A stretch of 64,000 nucleotides of DNA, from contig OZ024765.1 in NCBI GenBank assembly GCA_964016885.1, positions 23,622,001 to 23,686,000 of the forward strand. Reading direction: 5' to 3'. Within the stretch, counting starts at the first letter, position 1. Every line of letters begins with the position of its first letter. Under the pieces are notes generated by a model. The model had not been told where the DNA came from. It did no database searches and saw only the letters and a program-made list of their open reading frames with translations. The stretch comes from Eledone cirrhosa. Its lineage: Eukaryota. Positions 15,001 through 27,630 of this stretch are shown piece after piece. Both the position numbers and the translations under genes were made by a program.

Positions 15001-17950
15001 CTGGGTACTATCATGGCACCAACAGGACTACTTTACAGTGTTGGCTGGGCACTATCATGGCACCAACATGACTACTTTACAGTGTGGGCTGGGCACTATC
15101 ATGGCACCAACATGACTACTTTACAGTGTGGACTGGGCACTATCACGGCACCAACATGACTACTTTACAGTGTGGACTGGGTACTATCATGGCACCAACA
15201 TGACTACTTTACAGTGTGGGCTGGGCACTATCATGGCACCAACATGACAACTTTACAGTGTGGACTGGGTACTATCATGTCAACAACATGACTACTTTAC
15301 AGTGTGGACTGGGCACTATCATGGTACCAACATGACTACTTTACAGTGTGGACTGGGTACTATCATGTCAACAACATGACTACTTTACAGTGTGGGCTGG
15401 GCACTATCATGGTACCAACATGACTACTTTACAGTGTGGACTGGGTACTATCATGGCACCAACATGACTACTTTACAGTGTGGACTGGGTACTATCATGG
15501 CTCCAACATGACTACTTTACAGTGTGGACTGGGTACTATTTATTGTGGCACCAACATGACTACTTTACAGTGTGGACTGGATACTATCATGTCACCAAAA
15601 TGACAACTTTACAGTGTGGACTGGGCACTATCACGGCACCAACATGACTACTTTACAGTGTGGACTGGGTACTATCATGGCACCAACATGACAACTTTAC
15701 AGTGTGGACTGGGTACTATCATTACAACAACATGACTACTTTACAGTGTGGACTGGGCACTATCATGGCACCAGCTTGACTACTTTACAGTGTGGACTGG
15801 GTACTATCATGGCACCAACATGACTACTTTACAGTGTGCACTGGGTACTATCATGGCACCAACATGACTACTTTACAGAGTGGACTGGGTACTATCATGT
15901 CACCAACATGACTACTTTACAGTGTGGACTGGGCACTATCACGGCACCAACATGACTACTTTACAGTGTGGACTGGGTACTATCATGGCACCAACATGAC
16001 TACTTTACAGTGTGGACTGGGTACTATCATGGCACCAAAATGACAACTTTACAGTGTGGACTGGGTACTATCATGGCACGAACATGACTACTTTACAGTG
16101 TGGACTGGGCACTATCATGGCACCAACATGACTACTTTAGAGTGTGGACTGGGCACTATCATGGCACCAACATGACTACTTTACAGTGTAGACTGGGTAC
16201 TATCATGGCACCAACATGACTACTTTACAGTGTGGACTGGGTACTATTTATTGTGGCACCAACATGACTACTTTACAGTGTGGACTGGGTACTATCATGT
16301 CACCAACATGACTACTTTACAGTGTGGACTGGGTACTATTTATTATGGCACCAACATGACTACTTTACAGTGTAGACTGGATACTATCATGTCACCAACA
16401 TGACTACTTTACAGTGTGGACTGGGTACTATAATGGCACCAACATGACTACTTTACAGTGTGGACTGGGTACTATCATGGCACCAACATGACTACTTTTC
16501 AGTGTGAACTGGTTACTATCATGGCACCAACATGACTACTTTTCAGTGTGGACTGGGTACTATCATCGCACCAACATGACTACTTTACAGTGTGAACTGG
16601 TTACTATCATGGCACGAACATGACTACTTTACGGTGTGAACTGTGTACTATCATGACACCAACATGTCTACTTTACAGTGTGGACTGGGTACTATCATGG
16701 CACCAACATGACTACTTTACAGTGTGAACTGGGTACTATTTATTGTGGCACCAAAATGACTACTTTACAGTGTGGACTGGGCACCATCATGGCACCAACA
16801 TGACTACTTTACTGTGTGGACTGGGTACTATCAAGACACCAACATGTCTACTTTACAGTGTGGACTGGGTACTATCATGGCACCAACATGACTACTTTAC
16901 AGTGTGGACTGGGTACTATTTATTGTGGCACCAAAATGACTACTTTACAGTGTGGACTGGGCACTATCATGGCACCAAAATGACTACTTTACTGTGTGGA
17001 CTGGATACTATCATATCACCAAAATGACAACTTTACAGTGTGGACTGGGCACTATCATGGCACCAACATGACTACTTTACTGTGTGGACTGGGCACTATC
17101 ATGGCACCAACATGACTACTTTACAGTGTGGACTGGGTACTATCATGTCACCATCATGACTACTTTACAGTGTGGACTGGGTACTATCATGGCACCAACA
17201 TGACTACTTTACAGTGTGGACTGGGTACTATCATGGCACCAACATGACTACTTTTCAGTGTGAACTGGTTACTATCCTGGCACGAACATGACTACTTTAC
17301 GGTGTGAACTGGGTACTATCATGACACCAACATGTCTACTTTACAGTGTGGACTGGGTACTATCATGGCACGAACATGACTACTTTACAGTGTGAACTGG
17401 GTACTATTTATTGTGGCACCAAAATGACTACTTTACAGTGTGGACTGGGTACTATTTATTGTGGCACCAAAATGACTACTTTACAGTGTGGACTGGGCAC
17501 CATCATGGCACCAACATGACTACGTTACTGTGTGGACTGGGTACTATCATGACACCAACATGTCTACTTTACAGTGTGGACTGGGTACTATCATGGCACC
17601 AACATGACTACTTTACAGTGTGAACTGGGTACTATTTATTGTGGCACCAAAATGACTACTTTACAGTGTGGACTGGGTACTATTTATTGTGGCACCAAAA
17701 TGAATACTTTACAGTGTGGACTGGGCACTATCATGGCACCAACATGACTACTTTACTGTGTGGACTGGATACTATCATGTCACCAAAATGACAACTTTAC
17801 AGTATGGACTGGGCACTATCATGGCACCAACATGACTACTTTACAGTGTGGACTGGGCACTATCATGGCACCAACATGACTACTTTACTGTGTGGACTGG
17901 GCACTATCATGGCACCAACATGACTACTTTACAGTGTGGACTGGGTACTT
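1..17950. repeat. 44-bp tandem satellite (~400 monomers, continues past the left edge) with 48-bp variant monomers and higher-order repeats
   Basis: Consensus ACTACTTTACAGTGTGGACTGGGTACTATCATGGCACCAACATG repeats head-to-tail. A +4 variant reads ...GGGTACTATTTATTGTGGCACC.... Diagnostic blocks recur at 2192/4492/6924. The array ends at ...GGACTGGGTACTTTTTG near 17950. Confidence 0.99.
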
Positions 17951-18027
17951 TTTGTTCTCCTTCTTGCACTTGCAGTAAAGCAGGCACGAAATATTGCAGC
18001 AGATACAGTAAAAGTGTCCAAATATAA

Positions 18028-18590
18028 GAACGTATGACACCAGTAAGAGAGGTGAAACATTGTCAATGACACCGTGTACCTGATGCCTTCATTATAACTT
18101 TAATTAATCTAATTATATCTTGTGTAACAATTATATATATATATATACACAAATTACTTTCTCCGACATCAGTCTTACACTGTCATATCTATTCTTACTT
18201 TACAATTGTGTCTACTAAGAGTTCCATTACAATCTGTAGTAGTGAAACTACTATTTCACCAGAACATCTGCTATCAGTCATTTATAGACAATATATATAT
18301 TTTAGACCACATATCAACCTAATATATATATATTTCCTATCAAATCTGTAGCTAAAGACATAAAGTCAGCCTCACTACTTCATTCTGACAAGATATCAAT
18401 TTATGACTAAAGATGAAGAAGATACACCAACGTTAATGTCGTGAAATAAAGCTGATAACATCTTTGAAACATCTAATTTGATAACAAAAAGATTATTTCT
18501 TTGGTTGTTTAGTAAAACCTAACAACACAACACATTGATTATATGTGAAGGAGGTAAGTTGACAAAGATTTACTTGAAGTCTATAATAAT
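18028..18590 (+). other. ~560-bp segment duplicated at 39148-39703; candidate non-coding exon ending in a splice donor
   Basis: Near-identical to 39148-39703 by eye. Both copies contain GAAGGAG|GTAAGT (GT at 18554). Confidence 0.8.
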
Positions 18591-18755
18591 TGTTTCTACT
18601 TTAGGCACAAGGCCAGCAATTACGCAGTGCATTACTGGTACTTTATTTTATCGACCCCGTAAGGATGAAAGGTAAATTCAACCTCAGCTGGATATGAACT
18701 CAGATCGTAAAGGGACGTAACTATGCTGGAAAGCATGGCGTCTGACCCTCTACCG
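18591..18755 (-). mobile_element. SINE (family 1), flanked by a 19-bp TSD
   Basis: Reverse complement of 24210-24420. ACTTGAAGTCTATAATAAT is duplicated at 18572-18590 and 18756-18774. Confidence 0.9.
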
Positions 18756-18759
18756 ACTT

Positions 18760-20140
18760 GAAGTCTATAATAATGATAGCCACAAATACTAACTGCTATA
18801 TAGTACATTAGATAATGTAGTCCTAGAAACACTATGTCTGGTAGCCACTATACTGTACATTAGATAATGTAGTCCTAGGTACACTATGTCTGATAGCCAC
18901 TATACTGTACATTAGATAATGTAGTCCTAGATACACTATGTCTGATAGCCACTATACTGTACATTAGATAATGTAGTCCTAGATACACTATGTCTGATAG
19001 CCACTATACTGTACATTAGATAATGTAGTCCTAGGTACACTATGTCTGATAGCTACTATACTGTACATTAGATAATGTAGTCCGAGGTACACTATGTCTG
19101 ATAGCTACTATACTGTACATTAGATAATGTAGTCCTAGGTACACTATGTCTGATAGCCACTATACTGTACATTATATAATGTAGTCCTAGGTACACTCTG
19201 TCTGATAGCCACAATATTGTACATTAGATAATATAGTCCTAGGTACACTATGTCTGATAGCCACTATACTGTACATTAGATATTGTAGTCCTAGGTACAC
19301 TATGTCTGATAGCTACTATACTGTACATTATATAATATAGTCCTAGATACACTATGTCTGATAGCCACTATACTGTACATTAGATAATGTAGTCCTAGGT
19401 ACACTCTGTCTGATAGCCACAATATTGTACATTAGATATTGTAGTCCTAGGTACACTATGTCTGATAGCTACTATACTGTACATTATATAATATAGTCCT
19501 AGATACACTATGTCTGATAGCCACTATACTGTACATTATATAATGTAGTCCTAGGTACACTCTGTCTGATAGCCACAATATTGTACATTAGATAATGTAG
19601 TCCTAGGTACACTATGTCTGATAGCCACTATACTGTACATTAGATATTGTAGTCCTAGGTACACTATGTCTGATAGCTACTATACTGTACATTATATAAT
19701 ATAGTCCTAGATACACTATGTCTGATAGCTACTATACTGTACATTAGATAATGTAGTCCGAGGTACACTATGTCTGATAGCTACTATACTGTACATTAGA
19801 TAATGTAGTCCTAGGTACACTATATCTGATAGCCACTATACTGTACATTAGATAATGTAGTCCTAGATACACTCTGTCTGATAGCCACTATAATGTACAT
19901 TATATAATATAGTCCTAGGTACACTATGTCTGATAGCCACTATAATGTACATTATATAATATAGTCCTAGATACACTATGTCTGATAGCCACTATACTGT
20001 ACATTAGATAATGTAGTCTTAGATACACTATGTCTGATAGCCACTATACTGAAGTCTATAATAATGATAGCCACAAATACTAACTGCTATATAGTACATT
20101 AGATAATGTAGTCCTAGATACACTATGTCTGATAGTCACT
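18760..20140. repeat. 52-bp minisatellite (~25 copies)
   Basis: Unit GATAGCCACTATACTGTACATTAGATAATGTAGTCCTAGGTACACTATGTCT with period 52 (18892, 18944, 18996). The leader GAAGTCTATAATAATGATAGCCACAAATAC at 18760 recurs at 20051. Confidence 0.97.
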
Positions 20141-20149
20141 AGTATATAC

Positions 20150-20480
20150 GTAGTTCTCAGGGAGATTCAGCGTGATGTATGACATGGCTTCCCTGTAAAA
20201 TACATGTAGAACCCATCTTATATTATAATGTGTCTGAGTATTTTATTGATACGTATACCGTTGACATTGTTCTCAGGGAGATTCAGTGTGACAATTCTAT
20301 GTAACAACGTATCCCCTATAATTACTGGTACAACTTATTATTTTTCCAGCTGGGTGAAATAAAACAATGAGAAATAAAGTGTCTTGTTCAAGGCCTCAAC
20401 GTACAGACCACCCGGTCTGGGATTCAAACTCAGGAACCATACGTTCATGTACTGCGTGCTATCACCGCCTAAACACCGGA
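20150..20480 (-). mobile_element. Degenerate tRNA-derived SINE (family 2-related head)
   Basis: Minus strand has a B-box-like GAGTTTGAATC and CCTTGAACAAGACACTTTATTTC, shared with the SINEs at 40303 and 48792. The tail motif CTCAGGGAGATTCAG occurs twice. Confidence 0.7.
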
Positions 20481-20674
20481 ATGACTTAATCCAGATTAAT
20501 TCACGAACAAGAATTACAATAAGTCGCTGAGAGTGATCTCCCTTGGCTGACTTTAACATCTTTTCTTCTTCCATTGGAAATTAATTTCTTTCATGTCCGA
20601 CTGAAAGACTCTGGAGTTTTTACCTGTCTTGGGTTTAATTAATGAGGAATTTTGAGGTATTTATAACAATTATT

Positions 20675-20897
20675 GGCACTGTCATGGTATTAGCTGTCAG
20701 AAGTGAAAGCAGAAGAAGGTGACGTCTATCTGACGTCATTCGTCAACCTTCTCAATCGTTTATTTCCGTATCACTATTCCGTTTATTTATGTTTATGATT
20801 TTCTAAGAGATACGTTTACGATGAGATACACTTAAAAAAAAAAAAATATGGCTACCAAATAACCCCGTAATTTTCGAGAGAAACGATAATATACAAT
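20675..20897. mobile_element. Outer part of the left arm of a fold-back DNA element (continues at 31496-31906)
   Basis: Reverse complement of 31748-31906. The 8-bp TSD CAATTATT lies at 20667-20674 and 31907-31914. Confidence 0.85.
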
Positions 20898-20907
20898 AAT
20901 ATACAAT

Positions 20908-23900
20908 GCCTTGCTAAAGAATCTCCCTGTACCTCTTGCCGTATCTGGCCATACTGAGAAGACTGCGGAATCTGCTACCCATGAAGTAATTGCCATTTGG
21001 GTACCAGAGGACAAGGCTGATCTTCAGGCATTTGCTGCCAGCTCAGCCAAAGACCTAGGCTGTGTTCCCCCAAAGGGTGCTCTCCGCCTTGGGCGACCTG
21101 ATCCAAAACCCAGACTCATCAGGCTGTCTTTTTCGGACCCCGCTGAGGCAATCTCATACCATCTGGCCTCTGTTAAAGCTGGCCGTGAAAATCGGATTAC
21201 CTTACGAACACGCTCAGGCCTACCACCCCATGTACATCCAAAGCTCTGTGCTCTACACACCATCATAAACTGCGAGCAGAGTACAAATTGTTGTCCTTAA
21301 ATGCTCGCAGTTTATGCAACAAGATACATCTGTTTGAATCCTACGTCAGAAGCATCGACCCTGACTTCATCACAGTCACAGAAACATGGGCACATTCCTT
21401 ACTCTGTGATGGGATTTTCAGCATTACTGGGTAGAACCTTTTCCGCAAGGACCGCATTAACCGCCGGGGTGGTGGTGTGATGGTCTACGTTCGTTCAAAC
21501 TTTTCGGTAATTCCTTGCGTTGATTTGAACGAATCACAGGAAGAAGGTTTTTTTGTGACCTACGTATGACCATGTCAACACTTCTGCTTGGTGTTGTTTA
21601 TCGCCCCCCAAACTACCATCAGGACACACAGCTTTGCGATATTCTCAGAGTTGCTGCCAAGAAAACAGCCACTTATGTGTTTATTGCAGGTGACTTCAAT
21701 CATCCTGAGATCGATTGGGAAACCTTTCGTTGGCCACAAGGTGCAAACGATTTCCTTGAACTAGTGCTGGACTCAAACTGGTCACAAGTAGTCACCTCTC
21801 CAAGAAGAGGTGACAACACTTTGGACCTGATCTTCACCACTACTCCTAAAGTGGTTATCAGTTGTACTACTGAGGAACCTCTAGGCGACTCTGATCATGC
21901 TATGATCATTGCCAATCTGGCACTTGAGGGCAGCAACAAAAACCAGAGCCATCTCCAATCTGTTTGCTTTGATTGGAAGAACGCAGATTGGAACTTGTAC
22001 TGCACTGAGCTACAGCGCCCAAACTGGCATGAGATGTATAACTCTGGAGATGTGAACACTATACTCCAGAGCATCCTGGACTCAATATGGATAGCGTGTG
22101 CAGCATCGGTGCCACGTAAGCAGAAAAAAACCACCCTAAAAGTGCAATTTGGGAAACTTCAGCGGTCCGACTTGCCAGGAAAGAACGTTGGAACGCTGAA
22201 CGGGAATATAAACTGCATAAATCAGATGCCAACAGAAAAAAGCGGAATAAATCTTCCAACCATCTCAAGCAAGTGACAAAGAAGGCAGTGCTTGAATTTG
22301 AACAGTGCATAGCAACCAATCCTGACAGTAAGGTGTTCTGGAAATATGTACATTCAAAGCAGAGACCTCACTCTCCAGTTGGTCCTCTTCGCAATCCCCA
22401 CACAAGCCAGATCACTGACGATCCCAAAGAATGCGCAGAACTCATTGCTGAGTGCTATGCAAGTATTTTTACTGTTGAAAACCAGAATGTACCATCTCCA
22501 CCATCTCTAACATCAAATTCCATAACAACTATGGAATTTACACCTGCAATGTTGCGACGTCACCTTAAGAATAAGCGCAACTATGCCTCCCCTGGTCTTG
22601 ATGGTGTTACATACCTGCTTCTCAAACGTGGCGGGTATTTCCTTTTGCGCCAGCTTTCTTTCTTCTTTCAATACTGTCTCAACAATGGTGCTACTCCGGA
22701 GCAGTGGAAAACTGCCAGTGTCATTCCCCTTTTCAAAAAGGGCAACCGCATGTCACCTGTCAACTATCGTCCAGTCAGTCTTACTAGCTGTATGGCCAAA
22801 CTGATGGAATCCTGTGTCAGAGAAACACTTTGGATCTTCTGGAGCTCTCACAGCCTCATCCGGCCCTCACAGTTTGGATTTATCCCTAACTCCAGCTGCT
22901 GTGATCAGCTTATCAAGTTCCTTGAAGACATCACCCGGATCACTGACATCGGCTCATGGGTGGATGTTGTTTACCTTGACTTTGCTAAGGCTTTTAATTC
23001 TGTGCCACACAAAAGACTTATGGCAAAACTCTCTGCAATGGGTGTGAGGGATGATCTTTTCGACTGGTTGAAATCCTTCATTCTCAGCCGAAAAGAAGTA
23101 GTCACGGTTCTAGGACAGCATTCTTCACCATATGAGATGTCATCTGGTGTACCACAGGGATCTGTTCTTGGTCCCCTTTTGTTTGTGGCATATATCAATG
23201 ACATAGATGCCAACTTACAGAATGCTACGGTATTGAAATATGCAGATGACATCAAGCTGTACCTTGAAATCAAAAGGACTGATCCTGAAATCTATAACAC
23301 TTTCCTATAATCAGACCTGGACACAATGCAGCAATGGATCACAGACTGGCAACTGAAGCTGGCTGTGGAAAGTGTACCACCATGCATTTTGGGAGGAAAA
23401 ATCCAGCGTCCACATACTCCCTCCACAACACTGATATCAAGAAGTCCTCTTGTGAACGTGACCTGGGCATTACTGTCAGCAGCGATTTGCGTTGGACAAA
23501 GCATATCTCTAAGATTGTCCAGAAGGCCGAGGGTGTCTTGGCATCACTCAGCAAGACCTTTGTTAGCCGCTCTCCAGCCATCTATTTAAAACTGTATACA
23601 GCTATGGTACGACCACACTTGGAATTCGCATCATCAGTCTGGAACCCCTATCTTGCTCAGAACATTGACCTCCTGGAAACTGTTCAGAGACGTGCAACCA
23701 AGCGCATACCCTCCATCAGACACCTACCATACTCTGAACGCCTTGCTTCTCTGGGCATGGATTCATTGAAGCTCCGACGTCTGGCAATGGACTTGGTGAA
23801 TACCCACAAAGTTATTAACCATCTCGCCAATTGCAACCCTGAGCACCTTTTTGATCTCCATGTGTCTAACACACGTGGACATGCCTACAAGATCAGAAAA

Positions 23901-24209
23901 CAGCACAGCTCCCATGACTTTCGTAGACATTTTTTCACGCTCAGAATTGCTGAAGCATGGAACAAACTGCCTGCCGCAGTTGTTAGCTGCCGAGACACTG
24001 CATCCTTTAAGACACTCATGCTTCCCGAAATACGCCAAAACTACACCTGATGTACCCCTTCCATACACATGCACACATGTGTGTATCAAGACTCGTGCAC
24101 TGTTCATTTTCCTGATGTTTGTGCATTGCCCTATGTACTGTACATGCACTTTTTGATGAGTTGTGGTGCACCTGGGCACTGTACACAATATTTCATTATT
24201 ATTATTATT
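20908..24209 (+). mobile_element. CR1-clade LINE, 5'-truncated, with frameshifts and stops
   Basis: APE endonuclease motifs (LNARS, YRPP, GDFN, LDL, SDH). RT motifs (YLDFAKAF, GVPQGSVLGP, YADD) in ORF 22273-23310. CR1-type C-terminus TRGH...RHFF..R...WNKLP in ORF 23334-24050. (ATT)n tail. Confidence 0.93.
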
Positions 24210-24420
24210 GGTGGATTGGCAGTATCAGTAGAGGGTCGGACGCCATGCTTTCCAGCATAGTTACGCCCCTTTACGATCTGAGTTCAAATCCTGCCGAGGT
24301 TGACTTTGCCTTTCATCCTTACGGGGTCGATAAAATAAAGTACTAGTAATGCACTGGGTAATTGCTGGCCTTGTGCCTAAAGTAGTAACAATTATTATTA
24401 TTATTATTATTATTGTTATT
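24210..24420 (+). mobile_element. SINE (family 1) with (ATT)n tail
   Basis: B-box-like GAGTTCAAATCC. Related copies at 18591, 37695 and 54634. Confidence 0.88.
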
Positions 24421-25347
24421 CCTTGAATCTCAGTCATTGATGTTGGTTAACTGGAAAGTCCGTTGGAATGAATATAAAGCCACTACCTGCAGCCTCAGAT
24501 ATTCAGGACGTATCGGAGGGTTCTTGCTGTTCCCAGCAAGCATGCCTTTTGAAGCGTTCCAAAAAGCGTGAAGGGGCCGATTTTCTTTAACCATCCCTGG
24601 AAACTTTTGGAGATAGTCCCCAGTGCGCCTATGACAATCGGGATCACTTTGACTTCATGGCAGTTCCAAATCCTTTTCACCTCCCACTTTAGGTCCTGGT
24701 ATCGGTTAATTTTCTCCCTCTCCTTCTCTTGCACTCTCGTGTCGAATGGGCAGGCCACATCCACAATCAGACACGATCTTTTTTCTTTGTCCACAACCAC
24801 CAGGTCAGGTCTATTGTGTTCCAGTTTCTTGTCCGTCTGTATCCTAAAATCCCACAGCACCTTCACCTAATCGTTCTCCATCACCGCCTCTGGCCTATGC
24901 TCATACCATTTCTCAGAATGTGGTAAATTGTTTACTTTGCACAGGTGCCAGTGGATCACCCTGCCCATCACATCATGTCTCCAGCCCTTATAGTGGGTCT
25001 GGGCTAGGTGTTTACACTCGGATACAATGTGAGCCACAGTCTCCTCTCTCTCTCCACAGATCCTGCACAGTGGGCTAGCCTCCTCCTTGTAAATATGGTG
25101 CTTCAACCACTTCGTTTTGAGGGCCTGCTCCTGCGCAGCCATTAGCATTCCTTCTGTAGCCTTTTTGAGGTCTCCTCTTCTCAACCAGTTCCATGTCTGT
25201 GGATCTCTAAATTCAGTTTTCTCAAAGAAGGTACTATGAAGGGATTTTCCCTGAAGGCTGCTCTTTCTCCTTGATATTATTTCCTCCTTGGACATCCCCT
25301 GGCCTACTGTCCCCTCCTTCAGTACAGTTATGAGCATTGGCTCCTTA
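24421..25347 (-). mobile_element. 3' part of a restriction-like-endonuclease LINE (R4/Dong-like)
   Basis: CCHC knuckle CRICGEREETVAHIVSEC, RHD motif, and RPDLVVVD...DVACP...EKINRY (PD-D/ExK nuclease) in ORFs 24867-25337 and 24495-24866. Flanked by (TAA)n on its own strand. Confidence 0.88.
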
Positions 25348-25348
25348 C

Positions 25349-25391
<43 letters not shown>

Positions 25392-25600
25392 GGCGACCTA
25401 CGTAGGAAATCGTATTATCGTGAGCTCCGCAAAGGTTTGTTATTTCCGTTTGTTTAAAAATTGCCATTTATGGAAAATTTTATTGTTAACTGTTTATAAG
25501 CACACATACATTGTTTTCCGAAAAGGACACCGAAAAAGATTGGGGCCTTGTGCCCAAAATTTTAACTTTTATTATTATCAAAAAATTTCTTTGAAAAAAA

Positions 25601-27596
25601 ATGGCTAATTCACCTCTGCAACAAGCAGCTGAAAGCCTTCCTCACAAATTAACACCTCACACCGACACCACCATTGTAAATGTTACTACGTTTGCCAACA
25701 CAAAAAAAAATATAAGCAGTAGCAATATTTTAAATTTGTCTCAGGCAGACATTCATTTACCGCCATTACCAATGACTGCAGGTGTTAAACCCTCCACCAC
25801 CACCACCACCACCGCGACAACCACCACCACCACCACCGCGACAACAGAAACAAAAGAAGAAAAAAATAAATTAACTCGTGACGTCGAAATGAAATCAAGC
25901 AAAATGGACTCTTCCCCACCAAAGACGACTGACGTCACCACCACCACAACTGAAACTAAAATTAATATTAACGATAGCAACAACAACAACAATGACATTA
26001 TAAACCCCCCCCCCTCAGTTTCGCCAGGGTAGCAAAGCAGTTCGAAGCGTTTACAGTAACCCAGGAGGATTTAGAAAATGCCAAACAAATGGTAAAGAAA
26101 GATGGGTACAGGGTCAGCCTCACCCCCCCCCCCCCCCACCTAATAAAATGGAGCATCGGCGCCTATGCACAGTGTCGTATCGAATAATAAATGTAAAATC
26201 GCGCCGAGTGGAACGGGCATCCGAGTCCCAAATCCAAAAAGCTTTGGGACATGTGTGGGCAAGAAAAACCCACATCAGACGTGGGCAAAAGTATGGAACT
26301 GTGGATGTGTTCTTTGAAACACCAGAGGAGGCTAGAGAACACTCCATGGCCCCATTAAAAAGTGACGACTTCACACTCGTCCCAAGCTATTGTGGCCAGA
26401 GACTCGTAAAGATCAGGGTGACCCACGTTCCACCGGCCATCGAAATTCCCTGGCTAATAGCGGCTGTCCTCACCGGCATCGAAACCAACACGAAAATAAT
26501 AGCAATAGCAAAAGAAAAGCAGGAAAACTGGTCCGGATCTGGGATGGAGCTCCTGATCCAAGCGGACCAAAAAAAGCATTGAGGAGATCCCAGAGGTAAT
26601 AGACCTCACTGACGGCAGCCACCTCACGGAAATTGTCGAGGGCAGAAGACCTAGGTGTGTCGTTTGTGGTGAAGGAACCCACCTAAGGGCTTTCTGCCCT
26701 CAGGCTAAAAGGTTGAGGCCACCTCTCCTACCCACCCCAGTGACACAACCATCAACACCACCAGTAGCAGAGATGCCAGCAACAACTGTAGCAGCAACAA
26801 CAGAAGCAACTATAACAGCAACAACCCCAGCAACAGTAGCAAAACCAACACCACTACCACCACCAGCAAAACCAACACCACCACCACCCAACGTTTCAGA
26901 ACTAGCACCAGCGCCTACACCATCCACCACACCACAACCAAAACTAACGGCTGTGGAGGATTTTCCACTCCCCGGCCTATCACAACTGGAGACAGATTGT
27001 GACGACGAGGAGTGGGAAACGATATCCGGAAAAAAAAAAGAAACCAAAAAAGAAAAAATTCTCTTCCTTCCCCCTCCAAAAACAAAATACAGAGGGAAAC
27101 AAATAAACTAAGAAACAAAAAAGTTAGGACAGATATGCCACCATCCACACCAGCATCACCAACCCCATCAACCCAAACACCAACACCATCACCATCATTA
27201 ACTCCAACACCACCATCACCTACACCACAAAAGTCACCAAAATGCGAAACAGAAACAAACCCACAACAAACGCAAACAAAACAAAACAACCAAAACGATA
27301 CACACTACACAGCATTAAATTTGAACAACAAGCAATTATTGCACTACATCCAACACAACACCAGCATCACAGAAAAAGACTACACAACAACCCCAAAATT
27401 CACACCACCTCCACACATACAAATCACTCGCATCACACAGAAAACGTACATGACACTAAAACAAAAATTCCCCAAAGACATCGGAGACTTCCGACAAGCA
27501 CTCTCCAGGAGGATTTATAAGGACATCCTTCCTGAGGAGGCCACAAGCAGTGAAAAGGATGGAAAAACCGTCCTTCCCCTACGAGAAGTAAGGTAA
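25601..27596 (+). pseudogene. Tx1-like ORF1, frameshifted (zinc knuckle plus Pro/Thr-rich regions)
   Basis: CVVCGEGTHLRAFC (CX2CX4HX4C) at ~26657-26698. The ORF pieces 25601, 26148, 26713 and 27012 break near C or A homopolymers. Confidence 0.8.
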
Positions 27597-27630
27597 GTGG
27601 TCTTTCCCATCTTTTCCACTCCTTTTCAAC

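Noticed and set aside
476-17623. Dozens of 66-143-aa ORFs in the satellite
   Set aside because: The monomer carries one TGA that recurs in frame every three units. ORFs appear only where a variant removes it or shifts the frame, and most use non-ATG starts.
1-17950. CRISPR array
   Set aside because: The monomers are contiguous with no unique spacers, no cas genes are present, and the context is eukaryotic.
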